Shown: one piece after another, positions 38,301-50,959 of the stretch
How the letters are laid out: each line of letters begins with the position of its first letter
How positions within the stretch are numbered: the stretch's first letter is position 1
Assembly: GCF_001194135.2 (NCBI RefSeq)
Contig: NC_069003.1
Location: 21,025,477-21,087,264 of the forward strand
From: Octopus bimaculoides
Taxonomy: Eukaryota
Reading direction: 5' to 3'
DNA length: 61,788 bases
Notes under the pieces: generated by a model
What the model was told of the DNA's origin: nothing
Database searches by the model: none
What the model saw: the letters and a program-made list of their open reading frames with translations, nothing else
Position numbers and translations under genes: made by a program

Positions 38301-40277
38301 CCTTTACATCTTTTTTTCGTCTGGTAATAGCTTATCAAAAGTGGATCTTATTCTTCTTGTGAAGATCAATTCTATGGGAGACTTCCCTGAGTTTGTACTT
38401 GGATTAGGGGTCACTCTGTATGGGCAAGAAACATGTGAGACTGAACCCAGAAGCATGTGGTTGGGAAGCAAGCTTTTTACCAACAGCCATGCCTGCACCT
38501 GTTTTATGCTATGTTTTATTTTTAAAAACCTTTAAAGATAATATCAGTTTGATTAGGGGTTACGGTATGGTTCTATGTGGGAGTTATACAAATAAACTAC
38601 TAATCAAACTACTAATCAAGCTCCCTCCCCTCAAAAGTGTTAGCTTTGTACCAAAATTATTATCATTAGTTTTATTATTATGAGTTTTCTGTCTTCTTTC
38701 AATTTTGCTTCCATTTCTTGCCAAGTCTCTTCCTGACACCTAGGGCAAAGAAACAGACAGTGTACATTGGATAGGCCTTTAAAGTAAACACACCAGGTTG
38801 TTCATTTACAAAATCATATAAAGTTATGTAAAAAATAAAATAATAATTCACATGGAAGGTTATCATTCTCACAGCGACAATGCTCTTCTCATTTACGTGT
38901 GATGTTCCAGTTAAAACAAGTGTTACTATCATGCAATCAGTGTTGTTTGTTTCCAATCTCCTCTGTAAACATGTCCAGCCATGAAGAAATATACCTTATG
39001 ACAATGTGTACTGTATTTTCTCATAAATAGTACCTAGGATTACATCATCCATCATGTTTTTTTACAAGATGATAGATGTAATTTAAGGGAGATTTGACTG
39101 CTCTGTCTAGCTGGTTGAGTAACCATGTAGATGCTCCCTCATTAGTGCAGAGTGTAGGAGTTGCTTTTGATAGTGCTACTTGTGGTGATGATGGTGGTGG
39201 GGATGTTAGTGGTGTTGTTGATGCTGGTGATATTAATGATGCTAGTGATGTTGGTAGTTGCAATAGTGATGCTGGTTGTAGTGGTGTTGGTGTTGGTGAT
39301 ATTAATGATGTTAGTGATTGTGGTGATGTTGTTGGTGGTGGTGGGACTTTGGTAATGGTGGGTAGGTTACCTTGGTACTATTGAAAGAGACTCTGTAACT
39401 CCTGCAATTATTCTCAAATGACCCTAACATCTCGGGCCCCTGCCTTGCTGCCAGAACCTAAAACCCTGATCCTTTAACCCCTGTGTGTTTTTATACTGTT
39501 ATATTTGATATGGAAAGAGTTCTATTTTCGTCTTTTTTTCTTGACAGCAACCATTATTTTTTAGTGTCTGTGTGTCCTGTTGGCAAGTTGGTTACTCAAG
39601 GGCATCAAATTCCAAAGGAGATTATATGGTACCGGTTTTTTTTCCTAGATCCTTCCCCTCATGGCCATCGTTCTGTGTTTCAATTTCTCTCATAGACTGT
39701 TACTATTTTATATATATGTATGTCTGTCTGTCTGTTTGTCTGCTAGCCAGTCCAGTCCTGTCCACACCACACCATTCCATTCCACTGCACTACACTACTG
39801 TCTTGCACTACCAGTAACATGTACCTCAGTACAACCTGTTGCATAGTTGGCTCATTGGTGACTAAACCACCGACTCCACCAAGCTTGCTTGGTGAGGAAA
39901 GTGATTTTTGGACACCCTGCAGGATGATAAACACAACCTGTCAAAGGGCAGAGGAACTCAGGAGAGTCAATGGCCATCCAGTATAGTCAAAGGCAGATGG
40001 TACTAACCAGTCATAATGAAGACAATCCATCTAGGGGAAGGAAATCTCTGAAATATGAACTGTTGCAAACATTGTGATCATTTGTAGCATATAAATTAAG
40101 CTGTTGCAAACAATTGATATCATTTTGTGCAGAAAGAATTATGATAAGATGTTCTCGTTTCATCTAGAGGTGACTGGTGCTGTTTATATATGTGTGTGTG
40201 CATATAATATATATATATATATACATATATACACACACAAATATAAACAAGAGTTAAGGAATGGGGTAAATAAGATC

Positions 40278-40365
40278 TGGGCTACATATGTTTCATAGCG
40301 AGCGGTGTCTCAGAAGTGGTAAATATCCAAGTGAGGTGTATACCGCAGGCTACTCTTCAGGCTGA
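40278..40365 (-). ncRNA. Hammerhead motif with extended stem II at the end of a purine-skewed PLE-like remnant
   Basis: CTGAAGA-GTAGC...GCTAT-GAAAC-atat-GTA; stem III palindrome ACATATGT; stem I weak. Confidence 0.5.
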
Positions 40366-41869
40366 AGAAATCTTGATTTAATGAAAGTTTACATTGTTGC
40401 AAGGAGGTAAATGCTAACACATGGAAGATTCAATCAGAATGTGTAGAAAGCATAGTAGGAAGGGAGAATATAAATGTAGAGAAATTAGAATTAATAGGAG
40501 GAAAAAGAATAGTGAGAAGAAAGAAAAATTTAACCAAGGTCAATTGACGGGTAGTATTCAATAGGGCTATTTTGGCTGAATCACAGAAATCAGCAAGGGG
40601 AGTGGTATTTGAAAGAAAGATAATATGGAGTGGAGAGGGTGGGGAGAAAAAAATTATGCATGAAGAAAGCAATATAGAATGGACAAGAATCATGATAGCT
40701 AATACTGGCAATCAATTAAGGAATGTATACTAAGGAATGTATACTGTGTGTGATGAGCTTGTTTACAGTATGAATAGATGTGTGTGTTGGCGTAGATAAA
40801 AATTTTTTTTATAAATGATAAGGAAAGATACAGAGAGAAGTATGTAAATGACAATAAGGAATTAAAGGGAAGATATATTGTTGGTTTAGTATATAATGTT
40901 AGTGAAAGTTGATAAGAATGGAAAATTTATGAAGATTAGTGGGGAAAAAGCAGGGTGGGGTTGTTATTATTTGTATTTTGAGAATAGATTTAGTGATTGG
41001 TGTTGGCAGGTAAAAATTATGAATGTAGTAGGCTTTTTTATGTACCACTGGCACGGGTGCCATTGACTTGACACTGACATTGGCCATGTCTATGGTCTCA
41101 CTTGGCTTGACAGGCCTACACAGCATGGTATATTGCCAAAGGTCTCGGTCAACTGTCACTGCCTCCATGAGGCCCAATACTTGAATGGTGCTTTTTACAT
41201 GCCCTCACTTAGCTTGATGGATTTTTTTCAAGCACAGCATATCACCAAAGATCTTGGTTGCTTGTCATTGCCTCTGTGAGGCCCAGCATTTGAAGATCAT
41301 GCTTCGCCACGTCATTCCATGTCTTCCTGGGTCTACCCCTTCCACATATATATACAGGGTGCAATGGGTAAATTGTTGCCATTTTATATTTTTTATTTCA
41401 CTACTATAGCCTTCGGCCGACCGAGGCCTTGTGATTGGATTTGGTGGATGGAGACTGAAAGAAGCCCATCGAATATATATATATATGCATATATATGTTC
41501 GAAGTGGTCAGAAAAGAATACCATATCAAGACAGTAAACTCATAAGACTAATATGATTTTTAAGAATAATTTTTGTCTTTAACACCATTCGAGTGTAGTT
41601 GATGCCAGGGCTGCCTGACTGGCTCCCATGCTGATGGCATGTAAAAAGCACCCACTACACTCTCGGAGTGGTTGGCGTTAGGAAGGGCATCCAACTGAAG
41701 AAAACCTTGCCAGATCAGATTGGAGCCTAGTGCAGCCTCCTGGCTTGCCAGTCCTCAGTCAAACTGTCCAACCCATGCCAGCATGGAAAGCGAATGTTAA
41801 ACGATGATGATGACATGCACATTGTTTGTTTTTTTGTCTTGTCGACTACACAGTATAGTAGGGTCAGTT

Positions 41870-42164
41870 GGATACCATCTGTGACAAAAACAACACCATG
41901 ACATAATTCACTCTGCCAAAAATTTGGAAACGTCATGCTGTATTGCTTGGCATTCATGCTGGAAGCTCCAATATGAACAGTTCAGAGTGTTTGAGTGTCA
42001 ATCTGAAGACAGTGCAGTCTGAGGACATGTACTGAGAGTGATAAAAATCAAACATCCAGTCAACATCATGGTGTTTGGAGTGATTACTAGCGATGGTGGC
42101 ATTATGCCTCCATTCATCTTCTCATACAGCCTCATACTCAACATGGAGGCCTACATCAAGTACC
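41870..42164 (+). mobile_element. Internally deleted Tc1/mariner (maT/DD37D-like) transposase fragment
   Basis: KIKHPVNIMVFGVITSDGGIMPPFIFSYSLILNMEAYIKYL. Confidence 0.7.
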
Positions 42165-43460
42165 TGCTTGATCTGTAGAAAAGGTGTAGATAGAAACTCC
42201 ATAAGATGTACCCAGTGTAAGCTATGGACGCATAAGAAGTGCAGCAACATCAAAGGAAGGTTAACCGGGAAGATAGCTTTCGTGTGCGGCAGATGCTCAG
42301 GAGTAATAAACACTGCAGATGCTCAGAAAACTGACTCCATCACATGCCAAGGGAAGAAACTAGAAGTAGTTGATTGCTTTCACTAGCTAGGTGACCAAGT
42401 CTGTAGTGGGGGTGAATGCTCAGAGATTGTTGCCACTAGAATAAGAATAGCCTGGGCAAAGTTCAGAAAGCTCCTACCTCTACTGGTGACAAAGGGCCTC
42501 TCGTTCAGAGTGAAAGGTAGATTGTACAATGCATATGTGCAAACTGCCATGCTACACAGTAGTGAAACATGGGCCATGAATGCTGAAGACATGCATAGTC
42601 TTGAAAGAAATGAAGCTAGTATGCTCTGCTGGATGTGTAATGTCAGTGTGCACACACAACAAAGTGTAAGTGCCCTGAGAGAAATGTTGGACACAAGAAG
42701 CATTAGATGTGATGTGCAAGAGAGACAACTGTGCTGGTATGGTCATTTAGCGAGAATGGATGAGGAGAGCTGTGTGAAGAAGTGTCACTCCCTAACAGTG
42801 GAAGAAACCCATGGAAGAGGGAAACCCAGGAAGACGTGGGATGGAGTGGTGAAGCATGACCTTCGAACGTTGGGCCTCACAGAGGCAATGATGAAATGCT
42901 GAAACCTCAGGAGATATGCTGTGATTGAGAAAACCCGGCAAGTAAAGTGAGATCACAACTGTAGCCTACACCAGTGTCGCATACCCAGCCCATTTAAAAA
43001 GTACCTGTGAATTGTCGGGTGACACGCTGTGCTTGAGGAGACTATTGAGTAAAATCAAAATCAAAAATTAAATCCTAATCAAATGGAAATTGTAGTTGTG
43101 GCTGAAGCCAATTCTGCCTGACTGGCTCCCATGCCATGTAAAAAGCACTATCCAAATGTGGTCAATGCCAGCCCCACCGCCCCGACTAGCTCCTGTGCTG
43201 GTAATACATAAAAAGCACCATCTGAACATGGCTGATACCAGTTCTGCCTGACTGGCTCTCGTGCCAGTGGCATGCAAAAAGCACTCACTACCCTCTTGGA
43301 GTGGTTGGCGTTAGGAAGGGCATCCAGCTGTAGAAACATTGCCAGATCAGATTAGAGCCTGGTGCAGCCTCCTGGCTTGCCAGTCCTCAGTCAAATCGTC
43401 CAACCCATGCCAGCATGGAAAACAGACGTTAAATGATGGTGATGATGATGATCATGATGA
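42161..43460 (+). mobile_element. 5'-truncated RTE-clade LINE with PHD-like finger, C-terminal RT region and 3' UTR ending in (GAT)n
   Basis: CLICRKGVDRNSIRCTQCKLWTHKKC...CGRC; LEVVD.F..LGD; RIAWAKFRKLLPLL; KGRLY...V..AMLHSSETW; GKPRKTWDGVVKHDL. The UTR is shared with short copies at ~41600-41815, 30880-31100, 46745-46860 and 55720-55870. Confidence 0.85.
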
Positions 43461-43954
43461 TGACCTGTATATAAGGTCATAAATGACAGAAATATAGTTT
43501 GATGAAATTTTATTTAACAATATCAAAATTCTAATATCATGACAAATTGTTTCATAACTTAAAAACATGTAAATAATTTATATTTTTATATTTAATAATA
43601 AATAAATTTCTTCTATGTCTGCATTAATGCAAAATAATGCAAAATTTAAGTTATGTCCTCAGGTGAAAGAAAGTTTTTGTTAAATAGTTGGTTCTCAATG
43701 TAACTTTATAGAAATGCATATTAATATTGTTTTTCCATATACTTACCTTGTATGCTTTAATCTATCCTAATCTACTATACTAGATTATATTAATCTTGTC
43801 CTACATTATAACCTATTCACTATTTACTTGCATATTTGAACCTTTAATCTTTAATTTAGTATTTTTCTTGTTGATATCAAACTCTTTATTTTGCAAATTC
43901 TGTCTCTATAAATATATGAATTTCCTGTCTTTATACCAAAATTATCTAATAATT

Positions 43955-44476
43955 GTGATGGTTTGTTGCCAACTTAATATGACATTCCCAGGAAAGGGAA
44001 GAATGCTACTGCTATTTATCCCCAGGTAACACCGTTTCCAGTTGACTATGTGACACAATCGTTCTGTGTCGTTATGTTTTCAAACAGGGGAGATAAGCAC
44101 CTCCACCCAGCAAAGCCAGCATCCAGAGACTAGTTTCAGAGTCATTGCTCTTCATCAGTCTGGAATATCTTGATTTGCTAGCTATTGATGCTTATTCACC
44201 TTTGAAAACTTATAGAATTTCAAGTGAAATAAATTCACTGATCTACAAAATTAGAAATATTGCATTTCTAAATCTCTCAGAAAGACTTATACAGTAGCAG
44301 CACGATAAAGTGATGTTTGTTGCCAACTTAATATGGCAGTACCAGGAAAGGGAAGAATGCTTCTGCTATTTAGCCCCAGAAAACATCGTTTCCAGTTAGC
44401 TATGTGACACAAGCATTGTGTGTCCTTATGTTTTAAACCAGAGGAGATAAGCACCTCTACCCAGCAAAGCCAGCAT
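43955..44476 (-). ncRNA. Retrozyme-like 1.5-mer with intact type I hammerhead (locus 2)
   Basis: ~165-bp direct repeats with period 354. Minus strand 44164-44122: TCCAGA-CTGATGA-AGAG-caatga-CTCT-GAAAC-ta-GTC-TCTGGA, with all core nucleotides and stems I, II and III paired. Confidence 0.85.
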
Positions 44477-44559
44477 TTAATATTGTTCATATTTTCTTGT
44501 TGATATCAATCCCTATATTTCATAAATATTGTCTCTAAATACTTTTTAGTTTCAGTTTG

Positions 44560-44885
44560 TTATTATTATTATTATTTTGGTTTTCATCCTTTCGGGGTTG
44601 ATAAATTAAATACCAGTGAAACACTGGGGTCGATGTAATTGACTTGTCTCCTCTCCCAAAATGTCAGGCCTTGTGCCTTTTGTAGAAAGGATTCTTCTTC
44701 TTCTTCTTATTATTATTATTATTAAGGTGGTGAGCTGGCAGAATTGTTAGCAGGTCGACTTTGCCTTTCATTCTTTCAGGGTCGATAAATTAAGCACCAG
44801 TAATACACTGGGGTCGATGTAATCCACTAGTCCCCTCCCACCAAATTTCAGACCTTGTGCCTATAGTAGAAAGGATTATTATTAT
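44560..44885 (+). mobile_element. Two family-A-related SINE copies in (TTA)n context
   Basis: CATCCTTTCGGGGTTGATAAATTAA and CTGGGGTCGATGTAAT blocks, GTAGAAAGGATT tails. Confidence 0.7.
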
Positions 44886-45481
44886 TATTATATTTTTTCT
44901 CTATGTTTATGATCTTTTATTTTCTGAATTTTTAGTAATAAATATAACTCTTTCCTTTTATTGTACAAATGATATCTATTTGTTACTTTTTAATTATATT
45001 ACTAAAATTCCCTTCCAGCTATTAGAAAACCCTCTTAGTAATTTATATCAAATTTATTATTATTGTCTTCCATAATCTTTTGAAATTTTAACTTTGTATT
45101 CCTCTAATGTTTTTGTCGAGAATTTAGTATTCAACAAAGACTTTGTTTCACCTGAGGACATAACTTAAATTCTGCATTATTTGAAGAATTTTTTGCATTT
45201 TGCATTATTCAGACATGTAAGTAATTTATTTATTCTCAGATTTAATAATATAAACTATCTACATGTTCTCAAGTTACAAAACAATTTGTCGTGATATTAG
45301 AATTTTCTTATTGTTCAATAAAATGTCATCAAATTATTTCTCAGTCATTTATGACTTTATACACTCCTCATCATTTTCTCTTGTATCGTACCATATACTC
45401 TATATGTTTTGTACAACGAAACATTAAGGAGCTTTTTTTATGAGTACTGCCGGATTACTTGAATCCATTGTGACTCATATA

Positions 45482-45780
45482 CAGGGGTTGGACAAAATAA
45501 TGGAAACACCTAGCATCATAGCATCATAATTTTGAAATATCTATAAAACCATCAAAAGCTTGTTTATTTTTATGTTTTTTTATTTATTATTAGTTTTGAC
45601 TGCTATTTCTAATTTTCGGTGTGTGGTGGAGCAATTCTTGCTGAACCCTAATTTTAAATTATGTTTGTATAAGTTTACCGATAATGGTTTTTTAACACAC
45701 CAAACTACTTGGTAAAATTACTAATTATTAATTGATTTTTAATTTTAAATTTTTACCCTATATCTGTATGTGTGTAACAT
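45482..45780 (+). mobile_element. Left end of a Tc1-like element
   Basis: TA-CAGGGGTTGGACAAAATAATGGAAACAC, a typical Tc1 TIR; no matching right end seen. Confidence 0.55.
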
Positions 45781-45793
45781 ATATATACATATC

Positions 45794-46128
45794 GGAGATC
45801 CCCTTCAGTCACGAATGATCATGGGATTGCACCTAGAAAGTTACCTTTCGAGGCACAAGTCCGGGCAAGGTTGTTTATGGAAGAACAGCAGTCACCCATG
45901 CATACCACCCTCCCCTCTCCATACCACTAATGTCATCCAAGGGAAAGGCAAAGGGGCCGATACAGCTTGGCACCAGTGACGTCGCAACCCATTTCTACAG
46001 CTGAGTGAACTGGAGCAATGTGAAATAAAGTGTCTTGCTCAAGAACACAACACGCAGCCCGGTCCGGGATTTGAACTCACAACCTCACTGTCATAAGTTC
46101 AACGCTCTAACCACTGAGCCATGCGCCT
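45794..46128 (-). mobile_element. tRNA-derived SINE, family D
   Basis: Close match to 37625-37950; A and B boxes intact on the minus strand. Confidence 0.85.
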
Positions 46129-48134
46129 TTTTACTATATATATATATATATATATNNNNNNNNNNNNNNNNNNNNNNNNNNNNNNNNNNNNNNNNNNNNN
46201 NNNNNNNNNNNNNNNNNNNNNNNNNNNNNNNNNNNNNNNNNNNNNNNNNNNNNNNNNNNNNNNNNNNNNNNNNNNNNNNNNNNNNNNNNNNNNNNNNNNN
46301 NNNNNNNNNNNNNNNNNNNNNNNNNNNNNNNNNNNNNNNNNNNNNNNNNNNNNNNNNNNNNNNNNNNNNNNNNNNNNNNNNNNNNNNNNNNNNNNNNNNN
46401 NNNNNNNNNNNNNNNNNNNNNNNNNNNNNNNNNNNNNNNNNNNNNNNNNNNNNNNNNNNNNNNNNNNNNNNNNNNNNNNNNNNNNNNNNNNNNATATATA
46501 TATATATATATATATACTCACATATTCACACACACACATATTAATGTTTGTTTTTATGTCAAGTTATATATAAAAGGTATTTTACTTTAAACTGAAGGAT
46601 TACTCAATACATTTTGTAGAGTGCATACTTATTATTGTTTTACACAAAGGGTGACAGTGACTTCAATGTTTCGGTCTATCTCCAGACAATGAAGGCTAAC
46701 AGGCTGAAACTACTTCAAAGACACTCTCACCACTATAAAAGTATAATGTATACAATCATCATCATCATCATCATCATCACCATCATCATTTAATACCTGT
46801 TTTCTATGCTGGCATGGTTTTAATGGTTTGACAGGATCTGGTGAGGCACAAGGCTGCATTGTGTTGTGTGTGTGTGTGTGTGTGTGTTTATAATGTTCAG
46901 TGACATTTTCCCCTAACTCCGAGGGATTCCATTAGACTGTTTTACCTTCTACCTTAGATACAAACTAAATAACCTGTTTCTGCTCCCTTCTCAATATGTC
47001 CCCTCTCATCTTGTCTCTCATTGACCTATATCTATTTCCACCCTCCACCCCATATCCCACATATTTATATTTTTTATCTATTATCATTTTGGATTTACAC
47101 CCTTACCCCCACGTACCTCCACCCTACCCCAACCCCTACCCCCACTGGCTCTTTATTCTATTTGTTAATTTCTTTATGGAAGACTCTTCAAACGTGATCA
47201 TAATGCTCTCATTTTTTTAATGATTTCACTTCCAAGTCCTGCCAGGGTTAACTTGCCCTTCTGAAGTGAATAAAATCCAGCACCCATCAATCAGTAGGAT
47301 TAACTTTAACCCTAAACCTAACCCAACATATTCTTTTCTACTCTAGGCACAAGGCCCGAAATATGCAACTGGTACTTAATTATCAACCTTAATTTATCGA
47401 CCCCATGAAAGGCAAAGTCAACCTCAGTGGAATTTGAACTCAGAACGTAAAGACAGACAAAATTCTGCTAAGCATTTCACCCAGCATGCTAATGTTTCCT
47501 ATTTCTTTATTGCCCACAAGGGGCTAAACATAGAGGGAACAAACAAGGACAGACAAAGGGATTAAGTCGATTACATCGACCCCAGTGCATAACTGGTACT
47601 TAATTTATCGATCCCGAAAGGATGAAAGGCAAAGTTGACCTCAGCGGAATTTGAACTCAGAACATAACAGCAGACAAAATACCGCTAAGTATTTCGCCCG
47701 GCGTGCTAATGTTTCTGCCAGCTCGCTGCCTTCCTAACCCAACCTATTAGGGTATATACAGTCAGTTAGTTCTTCGCATCTCCCACCTTCCCAACATTAA
47801 CCATTTTGATACCAACCTACCTGAGACCACCCTGCTGATTCTATGATACAAGTTTCCTGTTCTAAAGTGATCTAAATTAAAATATGTGGGTATTTGACTG
47901 GAACCTATTGCTGTTGCTGCTTATAGTTGTTTACAGAGTAAGAGGAGAAGGAGGTGGCAAGAGAGATTACTGAAAGATTAGAAGGAGGGTGAATTTTCTC
48001 CTTAAGAGGAGAGAACTGCTTCACAGTTTACTAATTTTTTTTATCATAAGAAGTTCTTTTTTCTGTGAGTGAAAGAGCATATGTAATAATATTTCCACAT
48101 GATCCATTTGTTTTTAGGTGTCCTAATAAATGTA

Positions 48135-48362
48135 TTGGGTTGTCTGGAAAGTTTGTACCGATTTATAGTAGCTTACCTTTCGACTTATTTGCCATGAAAC
48201 CACCTCAATTCTGGGAAGAGGGTATTTTTAAGTTAAAGGAAAGATGGAGACGCATTTTGCAACAAAATGGTTCATATTTGGTTGATTAAAAATGTAATGG
48301 CAAGTATTTATTGACCTTTTTCTTTCCTTTAAAAATCGACACAAACTTTCCGGACAACCCAA
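48135..48362 (+). mobile_element. 228-bp internally deleted mariner element
   Basis: TA-flanked TIRs TTGGGTTGTCTGGAAAGTTTGT / ACAAACTTTCCGGACAACCCAA; mariner C-terminus FWEEGIFKLKERWRRILQQNGSYLVD*. Confidence 0.9.
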
Positions 48363-49502
48363 TAGATAGTGCCACCCACCTTTGTTATGGGCTCCTCGGT
48401 AAATTAAAACCTATCGAAATTTCATATTAATTTATGATCCAAATATCAGCTAAATAATGACAAAATCATTTGACTAATTTCTTCATTATCTTTTAAATTA
48501 ATTGAAATAAAGATAGTGTATTTCTACAGAAATACAGTTACAAAAGGGTTAATTTCATTTTATTAACACCATATAATTTCCATTTCTTTATTTATTCCTT
48601 TATTCTCTTAATCCAAACCCCTTTTCTTTCATTACCAGAATTATTTGCTTCTTATTTACTTTTATTCCCTACTTTTATTTATTAACCCTTTTGATACCAA
48701 TCCACCTGAGACCAGCCTTAAGATCTCATGCTTAAACCCTTTAGCATTTAATCCACCGTATCCGGCCCAAATACTCTACCTGTTTTATGTTGTAACTGAC
48801 CAGGTCCAACCTCTCACGTTTGTCCTACAATGTCATTCTAAATGTAAACAATCACATCATCAAAATCTTGAAGCTACAAGATTAATTTAAATCAGTGCAA
48901 ATAAATAAGCAATACATTTAACAAAGTAATCTAATTTTTGTTCCTTTTTAAAATTAATTGGAACAAAGACAGAGTATTTCAACAGAAATATCTTCTTTTA
49001 TCTCTTACTTGTTTCAGTCATTTGACTGCAGCCATGCTGGAGCATCGCCTTGAAATTTTAATTGAATAAATTAACCCCAGTACTTATTGTTTTTTTTTTT
49101 AAGCCTGGTACTTATTCTATTGGTTTCTTTTGCCAAACTGCTAAGTTATGGGGATGCAAGTACACCAATACTGGGGTGGGGGACAAACATAGACACAAGG
49201 ACACACACAACGGGCTCCTTTAAGTTTCCATCTGCTAAATCCACTCATATGGCTTCAATCAACCCAAAGCTATAATAGAAGACACTTAGCCAAGGTGCCA
49301 CGCAGTGGGACTGAACTTGGAACCATGTGGTTGGGAAGCAAGCTTTTTACCACACAGCTACACCTGGTAACAAAGGGGTTGAATATTGTATGTCTGTCTG
49401 TTTATGTGTTCTGTAACTCAGCTGACATCACTCCCTGATTCTTATAAACTTCTGTTTTAAAGTGATCTGAATTAAAGTTTTTTCCTTGAAATTTCATACA
49501 CG

Positions 49503-49566
<64 letters not shown>

Positions 49567-50959
49567 NNNNNNNNNNNNNNNNNNNNNNNNNNNNNNNNNN
49601 NNNNNNNNNNNNNNNNNNNNNNNNNNNNNNNNNNNNNNNNNNNNNNNNNNNNNNNNNNNNNNNNNNNNNNNNNNNNNNNNNNNNNNNNNNNNNNNNNNNN
49701 NNNNNNNNNNNNNNNNNNNNNNNNNNNNNNNNNNNNNNNNNNNNNNNNNNNNNNNNNNNNNNNNNNNNNNNNNNNNNNNNNNNNNNNNNNNNNNNNNNNN
49801 NNNNNNNNNNNNNNNNNNNNNNNNNNNNNNNNNNNNNNNNNNNNNNNNNNNNNNNNNNNNNNNNNNNNNNNNNNNNNNNNNNNNNNNNNNNNNNNNNNNN
49901 NNNNNNNNNNNNNNNNNNNNNNNNNNNNNNNNNNNNNNNNNNNNNNNNNNNNNNNNNNNNNNNNNNNNNNNNNNNNNNNNNNNNNNNNNNNNNNNNNNNN
50001 NNNNNNNNNNNNNNNNNNNNNNNNNNNNNNNNNNNNNNNNNNNNNNNNNNNNNNNNNNNNNNNNNNNNNNNNNNNNNNNNNNNNNNNNNNNNNNNNNNNN
50101 NNNNNNNNNNNNNNNNNNNNNNNNNNNNNNNNNNNNNNNNNNNNNNNNNNNNNNNNNNNNNNNNNNNNNNNNNNNNNNNNNNNNNNNNNNNNNNNNNNNN
50201 NNNNNNNNNNNNNNNNNNNNNNNNNNNNNNNNNNNNNNNNNNNNNNNNNNNNNNNNNNNNNNNNNNNNNNNNNNNNNNNNNNNNGTTTGTGTGTCTGTGT
50301 TTGTCCCCCCAACATCGCTCGACAACCGATGCTGGCGTATTTATGTCCCCGTAACTTAGCGGTTCAGCAAAAGAGACCGATAGAATAAGTACTAGGCTTC
50401 CAAAGAATAAGTCCTGGGGTCGAGTTGCTCGACTAAAAGGCGGTGCTCCAGCATGGCCACATTCAAAAGACTGAAACAAGTAAAAGACTAAAGAGTAATT
50501 TACTTAAATAATAATCATTTTTAAGCTGGTATTTGGAGCATAAATTAAGATGAAATTGTTTTGGAAGGTTTTAATTTAGATCTTGCAAAAGCAGGAGGTT
50601 TGTATCATAGAACCAGAGAGAAACCTCAGACAGATTGATATTAAAAGGTTAGGGTCTTTGAATTTTAGATTTTGCTTTCACATCTGGAATTTCTTCTCTA
50701 AATCTCTTCTAGATTCTGCTATAAAACCTGCATCATCAACACAGATTTAAGTCACAGGGTCAGCCAGTCTTAAACTACTCTATTATGGCTTGGAGGAGTA
50801 TAATAAACTGAATGAACACTAAGTGCTAACCTTAAAGGACAACTGCTACCTGCACAATGAATCCATCACTAAACCCCTTGCTAGCTCTTACCTTGTTGGC
50901 TGTACACCTATACATGGCCTGCTCAGCCGTTACAAGCCATTTCTCTACTCATGATGTTG

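Larger units (their letters stand above)
43465..45365. mobile_element. ~1.9-kb non-autonomous DNA element with ~250-bp imperfect TIRs
   Basis: 43465-43710 aligns with the reverse complement of 45120-45365 (GTCATAAATGAC, AAATTCTAATATCA, AAGTTATGTCCTCAGGTGAAA). Confidence 0.75.

Noticed and set aside
39045-39384. Low-complexity ORFs on both strands (also 31865-32212)
   Set aside because: GGT/GAT/GTT trinucleotide mosaic with no family motif or convincing splice context.
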